Below are positions 28,327-37,558 of a stretch of 64,000 bases of DNA, in pieces. The notes below the pieces were generated by a model that saw only the letters and a list, made by a program, of their open reading frames with translations, searched no databases and was not told the origin of the DNA. The translations under genes and the position numbers were made by a program. The stretch lies in contig JBHLPH010000002.1 in the NCBI GenBank assembly GCA_048939625.1, forward strand, positions 1 to 64,000, written 5' to 3'. Numbering within the stretch: the stretch's first letter is position 1; every line of letters starts with the position of its first letter. The stretch is from Promethearchaeota archaeon (GTDB lineage Archaea > Asgardarchaeota > Hermodarchaeia > Hermodarchaeales > Hermodarchaeaceae).

Positions 28327-29676
28327 CTATTTCATTTCGAGATTGAAGAGTTCGGCGACATCGCGAATTGCAGCTCGGAGGACTTCTTCACTAACCCCTT
28401 TGGACTTTTTGAACCAACCTCGGCGCAAAGGAGAGGGGCCTGAATGTAAATCGACAAGTTCAGTGGCAGAATTGACAAGGTCTTCAATTTCGGGAATCTG
28501 GGGAAGCCCTAAGAGGAGGAGTAAGTCTGAAGGATGAGCTTCGTCTTCATAGGAAACAAAACAGGGAGTAATTGCTGCACCCTTTGCCGTGTATGGACGG
28601 AGAGCCTGTTTGATGTGCGGGTCATATTCAGCCCGGGCGTATTCTTTGGTACCAGAAAATGTGTAGTATGTTGATGAGGCTCCGGGTTCTGAACCAATTT
28701 CTGCGAAGCTGCAATGTTCGACTGCATACTTTACCATTGTTTTTAGCTGGGTGGGAATATTGCCAGCAGATGGGATGAGGCTAACATCAGTGTATAAGCA
28801 TGGGACAACGATTGGATCTAATTTCCGGGCATAATCAGCAATATCCGTTGTTGGAAAGACTTCTTTTCCAGGTTCGACTACACCGGGACTCAGCATATGC
28901 TCTACAAATCTTAGAGCAAGTGGGTTTACAAGTTCAACAAAAGCTGACTCTTGGGCCTTAGAAACGTCATTAGCACCATCTACGGTTGATGGAACCATCC
29001 CTTCGACATCAGTTACCTTTGCAACATCTATTTGCAATTGTTTTTGCAAAAAGTCAGCCACTTCACCCTCTCTCCAAGCTAGGATACGACGAAGCATCGC
29101 ACGATTACTAAGTAAACAAACAAGATCGGCTCCACGGTCCTCTAATTGCCCTCGAAGAAGCTTCGAAAGGGACCACATCGTGTTGAGGGCTTCCGAGGTC
29201 TGATCCTTGAAAGGCAGTACCGTAAAGACATAGACAAAGATGCGGCGTCCCTCTTCTTCTTGAAACCGTTCCTTTAGTATCTCGATTAGTGCTGGGGCAC
29301 CACCGCACCCTGTTCCACCACCAGATGAGGTGAAAATGACAAAGCCAGAAACTCCTTCGAAGCCTAATTGAGTCAGCTGACCCATTATGACCTCTTTGAA
29401 GTCATGAACATAAGTATAGCCATCTGTAAAGTTACCCCCACAGCCAATATCTGAAGCGCCATAGAGGAGGGTATTCTCTTTAGGAATGTCATATTTCTGG
29501 CGAAGCTTTGTGATGTCTGAGCGATCGGTGTTCATACACAGGTACCCACGGATTCGTGGAGGTAGCATGCGTTCACGAGCTTGTTTGAGGTAAGCACCGA
29601 CGAGGTTGCTTCCACATTCTCCAATTCCGATGGCAAATACTTCCGCAACACGCGGTCCTTCATCTGATGCTTCCAT
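28327..29676 (-). CDS. Divergent tubulin/FtsZ-superfamily GTPase (CetZ-like)
   Basis: IGIGECGSN (T1), NTD (T2), GCGGN (T3), SSGGGTGCGG (T4 signature), VLPF (T5), LSN (T6), TDIAD (T7), C-terminal LLLGLPQIPEIEDL; GGTGA SD. Confidence 0.9.
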   Translation of the reverse strand: MEASDEGPRVAEVFAIGIGECGSNLVGAYLKQARERMLPPRIRGYLCMNTDRSDITKLRQKYDIPKENTLLYGASDIGCGGNFTDGYTYVHDFKEVIMGQLTQLGFEGVSGFVIFTSSGGGTGCGGAPALIEILKERFQEEEGRRIFVYVFTVLPFKDQTSEALNTMWSLSKLLRGQLEDRGADLVCLLSNRAMLRRILAWREGEVADFLQKQLQIDVAKVTDVEGMVPSTVDGANDVSKAQESAFVELVNPLALRFVEHMLSPGVVEPGKEVFPTTDIADYARKLDPIVVPCLYTDVSLIPSAGNIPTQLKTMVKYAVEHCSFAEIGSEPGASSTYYTFSGTKEYARAEYDPHIKQALRPYTAKGAAITPCFVSYEDEAHPSDLLLLLGLPQIPEIEDLVNSATELVDLHSGPSPLRRGWFKKSKGVSEEVLRAAIRDVAELFNLEMK

Positions 29677-29687
29677 GTTGTTTCACC

Positions 29688-32384
29688 CTATTTCTTCTTG
29701 GCTTTTTCTTTCTGTTCAACCATTGCAGCTCCCAGTTCTCGAGCAGCCCACGTGAGGTAATTTGCGGTATCCTCACGAGAATAGGTCTCTCGAATTCGTT
29801 TTTCAATTTCGTTCAATTGGCGATTTCGTTCAGCTTTAGGCGCTGCGGGATTAAAGTCTGCAAGAAATACGCGAAGCGCCTTGTGCCATTCATCAAGTTC
29901 TTTAATTTTCTCCAGCCATTGTTGTTCTAGGCTTCGAATTGTGGTGAAGATATCTATGGCTTCAGGAAGAGAATTAACGGTTTCTAGTTTTCCACGTAAA
30001 TTCTGTAAAGTGTCGATTGGAAAGATAATTTTGCTAAACTCAGTTGGTCGAGATGCATAAACACGTTTAATTGTGGAATAATATTCAGTCGTATTCTCAA
30101 GTAATTGTTCAAATGCGGATTCAGTCTTTTGTTCCATATTTCGAAGGATGTCAAGAACACTATTTTGGGCTTCAACTAAAGCCATACAGATTTCCAGTAC
30201 CGTGTTTACTTGTTCCGCCTCCAAAGCATCAGGAACCCGAGCAAGGAGATCCTTGAGTTTAACAACAATCTCTGCCTGACCATGTCTTTCAAGTAGATCA
30301 GTGACCGAATTGAGATTACGCCAAACCTCATTGGCTTTGGAACGGATGTCTTTCAGTAATTTTGCGTCTGTTAATAATTCCCGAAGTTCGTCAAAACGAT
30401 CCGGTAGTTCTTCAATATTGGCTGGCAATTTATCCTGTAATTTCATTGATTGCTTGACATAGGTGTCGGTTTTAATTCCAAGAGTGGCGGAGACGCTAGT
30501 TAATTCAGAGAAGGCTTTGATTTGTTCATTAAGAGTCTGGTTGAAATACCCTACGATGCGCTTCTCAAAGAGTTCGACTATGTGATGAGCTTTACGAATT
30601 GCTTCCTCATAGGTTTCGCTCGCAGGAACGATCTGGGTGAGCTCTTGAATGGCAGCCTGAACTTCTGAGGGGATGGTTAAGCCCATCCCAAGGAGTTTGG
30701 AAACCGCAAGCCGCAGCTTGAGGTCGAGTCGATATTTAAGATTCTCAATGGCATCTTGCGCCTTATAGAGAGCATCTCCTTGTGCTTCCCGGGCAACTCC
30801 TTCAATCTCTTCGAAGCTGGTGCTATTCCTAATTTGTGCAATTGAATTTTCTAAAAATTCTTCCATAGTTTTGAAAGATTCACGATAGGTTGGCTTGATA
30901 ACTTGAATTTCAGCTAAGAGGGCGTTGAGTTCACGCTCCCAAGCTTTTCGGAATAAATCGATTCGATTTTCGACATGCTTATGAAGGCGGGCGTACGCCT
31001 CAACTAGTTCGGGGAAACTAATATCTGAACTTCGAACTGGCGCTGGGGCAGCACCCATTGTGGTTTTATCAAGGACGGTGCTTGCCGTTTCAGAAATCCG
31101 TGTAAGTAACGCTTCCTGCGTTCGAATCTCTGCAAGCAGTTTCCCATGTTCTTCAATAATCTGTGCGGCAACATCTGAGTAGACCTTGACAAAGGCTTTG
31201 AGATCGCCTTTTTGCAACTTCTTGGTTTGAGTTTTGACAAATTTGTCCAGATCATCCGTATTTGCCAAGACTTTGCGTTTTACTGCTCGCATTAAATCAT
31301 CTAAAATCCGCGTGGATTCAGCCCGAATTGCTGTTTCAACATTAGTTTTGTAAGCCTGTAATCGCTCAAAGCTAGCAATGAGAGCTGCTAAATCCGCTTC
31401 TTTAGGAACTTCAGGAGGTGCAGGCGGAAGAAATGTCGCTTCTTGGGAGATATTCGCGCTAGCTAGTATACGGTTTAAGTTATGGCCGAATTCTAAAATT
31501 TGACTTCTAATTTCACTCGAAGCTTTGAGAACCTGTCCATCATATTGCTGAACCAATCCCAGAAGTGTAGTGAGGTTAGTTTCTCCTTTGAGTTGTTTCT
31601 TCAAGCCTTCTAATGACGTGGAAATCGCCATGGGCACCTTTAGGTTTAGACTCCGAGCACTTTCTAACAGCGATATGGAAGATTCAATACTAGCCTGTAG
31701 TTTTGCACGTAAGGTATCGACGACCTCTCCTCGCCGGCTAGTGAGGTATTCATGCTCTTTCCGGAGAGTCTTCCGAATCTCGAAAAGCTCCGGGATTGTG
31801 TTTACTCCAACTGATTCACGTTCAGCACTAATTGATACATCGCTGGTGTCAATACCAACAAAACGATCATAGGTTTTAATCAATGCCCGATTTTGTTCAA
31901 GCATATCATTTGTTTGTTTTTGCAAAGCTTCACGAAGTTGTTTAGAAAGGCCTTCTAGATTTGATACAAACCGGGAGAGAACGGGCAACACAACTGCATA
32001 GCCCCCTTGTGTTGAGGGAAAGGAGAGGCTATTGAGGTCGCGCCCTAGTTTGATATCAAAAGTCATGATTGTAGCTTTCAATTCTTCAAGCTCAGTCATG
32101 TAAGATTTCAGTAATTCGATATGAAGACGTAATGAACGTGATAAATCCTCATCAACTTTAGGAATGCTCTGATCGATTTGTTTTACAAGTCGGCGTTTCT
32201 TGGGACTAAGAGACCAACTTGTTTTTGCGTCTCTATCAAAGCCTTCAAGGGCTACAAGCTCCCGCCCAGTATCCTCTAACGAGGTCTCGATTTCTGACGG
32301 AAGACCGCCCATTATTGTTTGGCATTTAGCGCTAACATCTTTGAGCATAGAGTAGTACTTGCGAAGCTCTGCTAATGTCGTCAA
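29688..32384 (-). CDS. Large all-helical/coiled-coil hypothetical protein, first gene of the tubulin-like operon
   Basis: 898-aa L/E/K/R/A-rich ORF with no TM segment or nucleotide-binding motif; ends 11 bp before the tubulin-like start; TTG start. Confidence 0.8.
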   Translation of the reverse strand: MTTLAELRKYYSMLKDVSAKCQTIMGGLPSEIETSLEDTGRELVALEGFDRDAKTSWSLSPKKRRLVKQIDQSIPKVDEDLSRSLRLHIELLKSYMTELEELKATIMTFDIKLGRDLNSLSFPSTQGGYAVVLPVLSRFVSNLEGLSKQLREALQKQTNDMLEQNRALIKTYDRFVGIDTSDVSISAERESVGVNTIPELFEIRKTLRKEHEYLTSRRGEVVDTLRAKLQASIESSISLLESARSLNLKVPMAISTSLEGLKKQLKGETNLTTLLGLVQQYDGQVLKASSEIRSQILEFGHNLNRILASANISQEATFLPPAPPEVPKEADLAALIASFERLQAYKTNVETAIRAESTRILDDLMRAVKRKVLANTDDLDKFVKTQTKKLQKGDLKAFVKVYSDVAAQIIEEHGKLLAEIRTQEALLTRISETASTVLDKTTMGAAPAPVRSSDISFPELVEAYARLHKHVENRIDLFRKAWERELNALLAEIQVIKPTYRESFKTMEEFLENSIAQIRNSTSFEEIEGVAREAQGDALYKAQDAIENLKYRLDLKLRLAVSKLLGMGLTIPSEVQAAIQELTQIVPASETYEEAIRKAHHIVELFEKRIVGYFNQTLNEQIKAFSELTSVSATLGIKTDTYVKQSMKLQDKLPANIEELPDRFDELRELLTDAKLLKDIRSKANEVWRNLNSVTDLLERHGQAEIVVKLKDLLARVPDALEAEQVNTVLEICMALVEAQNSVLDILRNMEQKTESAFEQLLENTTEYYSTIKRVYASRPTEFSKIIFPIDTLQNLRGKLETVNSLPEAIDIFTTIRSLEQQWLEKIKELDEWHKALRVFLADFNPAAPKAERNRQLNEIEKRIRETYSREDTANYLTWAARELGAAMVEQKEKAKKK

Positions 32385-32562
32385 ATTCGGAGCCCCCGAG
32401 GTAAGTGGCTTACATCCACCTTCCTAACCATTGGAAAGTCTATTCTTAACTCTTTTGAGCCCAAGTCAAACATGGAGCAATAGCTAAATTAAAGTCAACA
32501 GCCGATTTTAACTAGTACCCACCCTTTTTCTTGGGTAATTTGTCTGGTTGGATTGAAAAGAG

Positions 32563-33498
32563 ATGGCTGCTACGGAGAGACATGAAAAAGTCCGTGAAAA
32601 GCTATTAGAGGCTGGTAAAATTGCCTCCCAAGCCCTTGCATTCACGTGTGAACTCGTGAAAGTGGGATCTTCGTTACTCACAATCGCTGAGGCAGGCGAG
32701 AAGAAAATTCTGGAATTAGGAGGAAAACCAGCTTTTCCAATTAATATCTCAGTCAATCATCATGCTGCCCACTACACGCCAGGTTTGGAGGACACGACTG
32801 AGGTACCTACACAGTCTCTTGTGAAAATTGATTTAGGAGCACATGTCGACGGGTATGTGGCGGATAACGCTCGAACCGTGCTCGTGGGAGATGATGAAGC
32901 GCTCCAACAGCTTATTGTTGGGGCTGAAGCCGGATTACAAGCCGCTTTGGAAACGGCTCGATCGGGAATACGGATATGGCACTTATCGCAAGCCATCTCC
33001 AAAGCGATGCGCAAGGCAAACACCCGACCCATAGAGAACTTAACAGGCCATAGTATAGAACAATTTAATCTACATGCAGGGATTTCAGTACCCGCCGTAA
33101 CCCATTCAATTAGTCGAGTAGCGTCCCCAAGATTAGAGGAACACATGGTTGTCGCAATTGAACCTTTTTCTACTTATAGCCGAAACCCCTACGTTGAGAA
33201 TCTAGAACCCGGGCACATTTACGGTTTTACACCAAGGCGCAACCCCAAAGATGCTGAGTTGCGGATGCTTTTCAGTAAGATGAAGATTGAATTTGTACAA
33301 CTCCCCTTTGCCTCACGGTGGATGACAAAATTCGTAGAACCAAGTCAGATCACTCAAACACTTAACAAACTTAGAGACCAAGGGTGCATTCACAATTATG
33401 CTCTCTTAGGGCTTCGGGATGAAAATTCCATTGCTCAAGCAGAGCATACAATTATTGTAGAAAAGAAGGGATGTACAGTAACTACTACACGCCCTTAA
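32563..33498 (+). CDS. map: Methionine aminopeptidase type II
   Basis: PAFP, AAHYTP, KIDLGAHVDGYVAD, TGH, LHAG, AIEPF, AQAEHT. Confidence 0.93.
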   Translation: MAATERHEKVREKLLEAGKIASQALAFTCELVKVGSSLLTIAEAGEKKILELGGKPAFPINISVNHHAAHYTPGLEDTTEVPTQSLVKIDLGAHVDGYVADNARTVLVGDDEALQQLIVGAEAGLQAALETARSGIRIWHLSQAISKAMRKANTRPIENLTGHSIEQFNLHAGISVPAVTHSISRVASPRLEEHMVVAIEPFSTYSRNPYVENLEPGHIYGFTPRRNPKDAELRMLFSKMKIEFVQLPFASRWMTKFVEPSQITQTLNKLRDQGCIHNYALLGLRDENSIAQAEHTIIVEKKGCTVTTTRP

Positions 33499-33516
33499 GA
33501 ATGGAGTGATCACTTT

Positions 33517-34854
33517 ATGGAGTATCAGAGCATTTTACAGAAACTCATTTCATTACCTACAGTCAATGATCCTGCGAAGGAGGTGCGTCCCACTCGAGAG
33601 TGCCCCGAATTCCTACATGAAAAGCTCTCTGAGATTGGCTTCAATTCGATAATTCTTGAAAAGAACGGCTTCTACTCTGTTTTAGGAATCTATGGAAAAG
33701 GTCGTCCCGTTACGTTACTTATTTCTCATTTTGATGTGGTGCCCATTGGTCCCGGATGGACGACTGACCCTTTTGAATTAACCGTGCGCGACAGATTTGG
33801 CTATGGACGAGGAACCGCAGATGATAAGGGAAATACGACTGCACTCCTCCTCTCAGCTGAGGAGATTCCTCATCAGAAAATTAAGGGTACCGTTGCTTTT
33901 GCGATGACGGGCGATGAGGAAATTGGTGGCACCAATGGAGCTACTGCAGTTCGTTCAAAACTCGAAAAACAGCACTTGTTTCCGAATTATTTGATTACTG
34001 CAGATGGGGTGGGTATGCAGATTGTTACTCGCCGTCGGAACACTGTCTCGGTCTCAGTTAGTGTTCCTCAACACCCTTTACAGTATGATGGAGCTGTTGA
34101 AACACACCGATTCACTACGGATTACGTTGGCCGAGCATCCCGTCATTCAGCTTACTTCATACCCGGAGTGGACCGACATGCCCTCCTTGCGGCATCGAAT
34201 TTTCTACTTCAAAATCCACACATGAGAGTCACCTCGACAGCGGGCAGTTATGTCAAAAGTAATGTTGTCCCAGACTGGTTTGAGCTCGAAGTTATCAACC
34301 CACAAGCTTCCGCCAACCAAGCAAACTATAAGATTGATCAAAATCTTACTACGCTTCTTCAAGCGTTACTTCCAATTTCACGAGTGCAGTTTACTACGAA
34401 TCTCAGTGATTATGGAATTACATTTTGTCCTAATTTGCTGTTTGAACGCGAAAATCGCTGGGAAGTTTATTTTGATGGACGTGCAATGACCAACGATGTC
34501 CAGGCAGTAAGGAAAGCATTGAACGCAGTGTTAGCAGAGAAGCTCGCTGGCATTGATTATCAAATGAAAGTTCGATTAGGAAAAGCTTTCATGAATACAG
34601 CCACTAATTCCCAATTAGTACGAGTTGCACAAAAGGTCGCACAGGAATTGGGTCAAAAGACAAGCCCAATTGAATTAGGGGGGGCTAGTGATACGCGGCA
34701 TTTTACAGACCGGCCCATTCAAGCTATCGACTTTGGTCCTATTGGGTATGGGATCCATGGTTCCGATGAACATGTTCTCCTTGAATCCATTCCTCAAACC
34801 GCAAAATTCTATACTTCTGTTGTTCGGGCCCTCCATTCATCTTTCAAACCTTAG
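33517..34854 (+). CDS. M20-family metallopeptidase (DapE/ArgE-like)
   Basis: SHFDVVP, GRGTADDKG, DEEIGG, GGASD, IHGSDE. Confidence 0.9.
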   Translation: MEYQSILQKLISLPTVNDPAKEVRPTRECPEFLHEKLSEIGFNSIILEKNGFYSVLGIYGKGRPVTLLISHFDVVPIGPGWTTDPFELTVRDRFGYGRGTADDKGNTTALLLSAEEIPHQKIKGTVAFAMTGDEEIGGTNGATAVRSKLEKQHLFPNYLITADGVGMQIVTRRRNTVSVSVSVPQHPLQYDGAVETHRFTTDYVGRASRHSAYFIPGVDRHALLAASNFLLQNPHMRVTSTAGSYVKSNVVPDWFELEVINPQASANQANYKIDQNLTTLLQALLPISRVQFTTNLSDYGITFCPNLLFERENRWEVYFDGRAMTNDVQAVRKALNAVLAEKLAGIDYQMKVRLGKAFMNTATNSQLVRVAQKVAQELGQKTSPIELGGASDTRHFTDRPIQAIDFGPIGYGIHGSDEHVLLESIPQTAKFYTSVVRALHSSFKP

Positions 34855-36131
34855 GGAGCCCGTTCAGGTCCAGGAATTGGTGGCACCGTTGGAGCGGGGA
34901 CTTTTACAAGAGTCTCATTAATGGTGAGATACCCCATAGAAACAATGATTCGAATAACGACTATGGTTAGCATCATCGCTATAACAACACTTGCATAGGG
35001 AAGAAACGAGACCATGTAATCTAGCAAGAGACCAGAAACCATGGCAGCACAAAAAGCGCTGAGTCCCGTGAAGAAGTTGAATAGCGCAACGACAGTACCA
35101 CGATAGACCTTTGGAGCAGAATCAAGAAGCCATGCTGTGCTACTAACGATGAATAATCCTGTTAGAAAGCCACCGGCGATATTACTTGGTAAAAGAAACC
35201 AAAAATTGCCTGTGATTGCGCCTAGTGCATGAGAAAGAGGAGCAAGAAAGATGACTGATCGACTTACAATGATAATGGGTTTGCGACCATACCGATCAGT
35301 AAGGACACCTCCACTGAGTTGGGCGATTCCTGAACTGATACTGAAAATCGCAGTGAAAAAGGCGATGAAAAATAAATCGATATTTAGGATGCCTCGCGTT
35401 ATGATTGGGAAAAGTGGCCAAGCGGCACCCATTGCAGCAAAGAAGAGCGTGTTTACAATTAAAAATCGTCTGAAGTGTGGTGTGCGTTTGATTGAATCTC
35501 GAATCTGAAATAAGCGACGTTTTGAAGGTCGCACGGTTTCGCTGAGAACTAACACACAAATAACGGCGATAGCCATCGAAACAGCTGCAGTATACATAGG
35601 CACTTGATACTGGGCTAGGCCCGTCAATCCAATAGAAACAGCAACGAAGCCTACAGTGACTAGAGAAACTGCTGAGGCTATTGTTCCGATTGCTGTTATG
35701 ATTCCTACAAATCGCCCTCGCCCAGTTATTGTGGTAAGATCCCCGAGGAGACCATTCCAAGCGGGGATAGCAGCGCTTCCAATGATGGTCGGAACCAAAA
35801 GGAGTAGGATTAGGTGCCAGGCATTCGTAGCGAACGGAACCAGGGCTGCTGTCATGCCAATGGCGAGTAGCCCTAAGAATAGAAATGGTCGTCGTCCAAA
35901 GCGATCAGTTAGGCTCCCCCAAGCCCACTGCATGGAGGCGTTACCGAGGGTTTGAACACCAGTTACAGTGCTTTGTTGCACTCCAGTTGCACCAAGATCA
36001 ACGGCGAGAGCACCCGTATAAGCCCACAGGAGATTAGCGCCAACTTGCCAAGAGGACCAGAGTGTCGCCACTTGGATTGGTTGCTGACTTAGCGGCGTCT
36101 CTTCGGCAGTAGGGTTTTGGGTCAAAATCAT
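34851..36131 (-). CDS. MFS transporter
   Basis: About 12 TM segments; GSLTDRFGRR and GVLTDRYGRK motif A repeats. Confidence 0.9.
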   Translation of the reverse strand: MILTQNPTAEETPLSQQPIQVATLWSSWQVGANLLWAYTGALAVDLGATGVQQSTVTGVQTLGNASMQWAWGSLTDRFGRRPFLFLGLLAIGMTAALVPFATNAWHLILLLLVPTIIGSAAIPAWNGLLGDLTTITGRGRFVGIITAIGTIASAVSLVTVGFVAVSIGLTGLAQYQVPMYTAAVSMAIAVICVLVLSETVRPSKRRLFQIRDSIKRTPHFRRFLIVNTLFFAAMGAAWPLFPIITRGILNIDLFFIAFFTAIFSISSGIAQLSGGVLTDRYGRKPIIIVSRSVIFLAPLSHALGAITGNFWFLLPSNIAGGFLTGLFIVSSTAWLLDSAPKVYRGTVVALFNFFTGLSAFCAAMVSGLLLDYMVSFLPYASVVIAMMLTIVVIRIIVSMGYLTINETLVKVPAPTVPPIPGPERAP

Positions 36132-36248
36132 CGCCTGCAGTTAAGGTCAGCCTTCCGGTGTTAGTGTTGAAAAAGCTTGTTCAACCACATACATTCTAAT
36201 GAAAGGAATACCAGAAGTCCCAATGACCAGCTTTGGAGTCGATTAATC

Positions 36249-37442
36249 ATGTGTGCTGAAATTGCTGAAAAAATCCATTCAAGTATGCGCAAACATGAGG
36301 ACTGGCGGCAACATTGCTTGAACCTTATTCCCTCCGAGAATCTGACAAGCCCACAAGTCCGAGCCATGTTAGCATCAGATTTTGGCCATCGCTATGCTTG
36401 GGATGAGCCATGGTATGGTGGACAGAAATATTCAGTGGAAGTGGAAAAACTCGCCATCAATGCTGCAAAGAAACTGTTTCATGCACAATATGCAAATGTT
36501 CGGCCCCTATCAGGGCACCTTTCACTTATGGCCGTAATCATGGGAATATGTCGACCTAATGATCCCATTCTCATTTCGCATTTTGATAATGGTGGATATC
36601 CGCTAAACCTTCAGGCTCGGTTTCCGTTAGAGGTTCATTATCTCCCCTATCTTGCTGATAATTATTCGATGGATATTCAAGGGGCGATTCAACAGGTGGA
36701 ACAGATTCGTCCAAAGATCCTCATTTTAGGTGCGAGTATTATTCTAAAGCCACATCCGGTATCTGAGTTAGCAAAGATATGCCAAGAGGTAGGTACTATC
36801 TTGGTCTATGATGGTTCCCATGTTCTTGGGTTAATCGCAGGCGGGCAATTTCAGAACCCATTTCAAGAAGGCGCACAGATTATGCTTGGGAGCACACATA
36901 AGACCCTTTTCGGTCCACAGGGAGGAATTGTGCTAGTAAAAAACAATGCTGAACTCGCGGAACAGATTGATTTTACTTTGCGCCCAAATCCAGTCTTAGT
37001 TGATAATTATCACCACCATCGAGTGGCAGCGCTTGGCATTGCCCTAACAGAACTCCTTGCCTTTGGCAAAGATTATGCAAAGCAGGTTGTAAACAATTCA
37101 CAGCAGTTAGCGAAAGAACTAGCAGAAAGGCAAATTCCCCTTATTGGAGAAGCCTGGGGGTATACAAGATCCCATCAAGTTTTGTTACACACCGAGAATT
37201 TCAACCAAGGTGAAAAAATGTGTGCCAGATTAGAGGCTGCTGATATCATTGCTGATGCCGGGGTTCGTTTAGGATCTCAGGAGATAACTCGTCGAGGAAT
37301 GAAATCCGATCAGATGCCAATCGTTGCTAATTTAATCGCAAGATGTCTTCAAGGCGAGACACCGAAGACGATCAAAGCAGAAGTCCATTTGCTCACCCGT
37401 CAATTCCAAACACCAATCTATTGTTTTGATTATGAAGTGTGA
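36249..37442 (+). CDS. glyA: Serine hydroxymethyltransferase, archaeal type
   Basis: LNLIPSEN, RYA, NVRPLSG, YDGSHVLGLIAGGQFQNP, STHKT (PLP Lys), GVRLGSQEITRRG; ATG at 36249 is the likely start (ORF is open from 36177). Confidence 0.92.
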   Translation: MCAEIAEKIHSSMRKHEDWRQHCLNLIPSENLTSPQVRAMLASDFGHRYAWDEPWYGGQKYSVEVEKLAINAAKKLFHAQYANVRPLSGHLSLMAVIMGICRPNDPILISHFDNGGYPLNLQARFPLEVHYLPYLADNYSMDIQGAIQQVEQIRPKILILGASIILKPHPVSELAKICQEVGTILVYDGSHVLGLIAGGQFQNPFQEGAQIMLGSTHKTLFGPQGGIVLVKNNAELAEQIDFTLRPNPVLVDNYHHHRVAALGIALTELLAFGKDYAKQVVNNSQQLAKELAERQIPLIGEAWGYTRSHQVLLHTENFNQGEKMCARLEAADIIADAGVRLGSQEITRRGMKSDQMPIVANLIARCLQGETPKTIKAEVHLLTRQFQTPIYCFDYEV

Positions 37443-37558
37443 TTGAACCAGAAAATTGAGTATTTTGTGATACGCGAGATTTCGTTCTTCTCAAAGTGTT
37501 AGCCACAAAGTTTTTTGAATACGCTTCTTGATAGTCTAGTACTGATAGGGGAATTCTT

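Noticed and set aside
28327-29676. Calling this gene ftsZ or a bona fide alpha/beta-type tubulin
   Set aside because: It lacks the FtsZ GGGG T1 and GAGA T3 motifs and the tubulin GQCGNQ, GAGNNW and DNEAL motifs; only the superfamily-level call is supported
29688-32384. SMC/Rad50 or dynamin-like assignment for the 898-aa protein
   Set aside because: No Walker A/B, signature, zinc-hook or GTPase motifs
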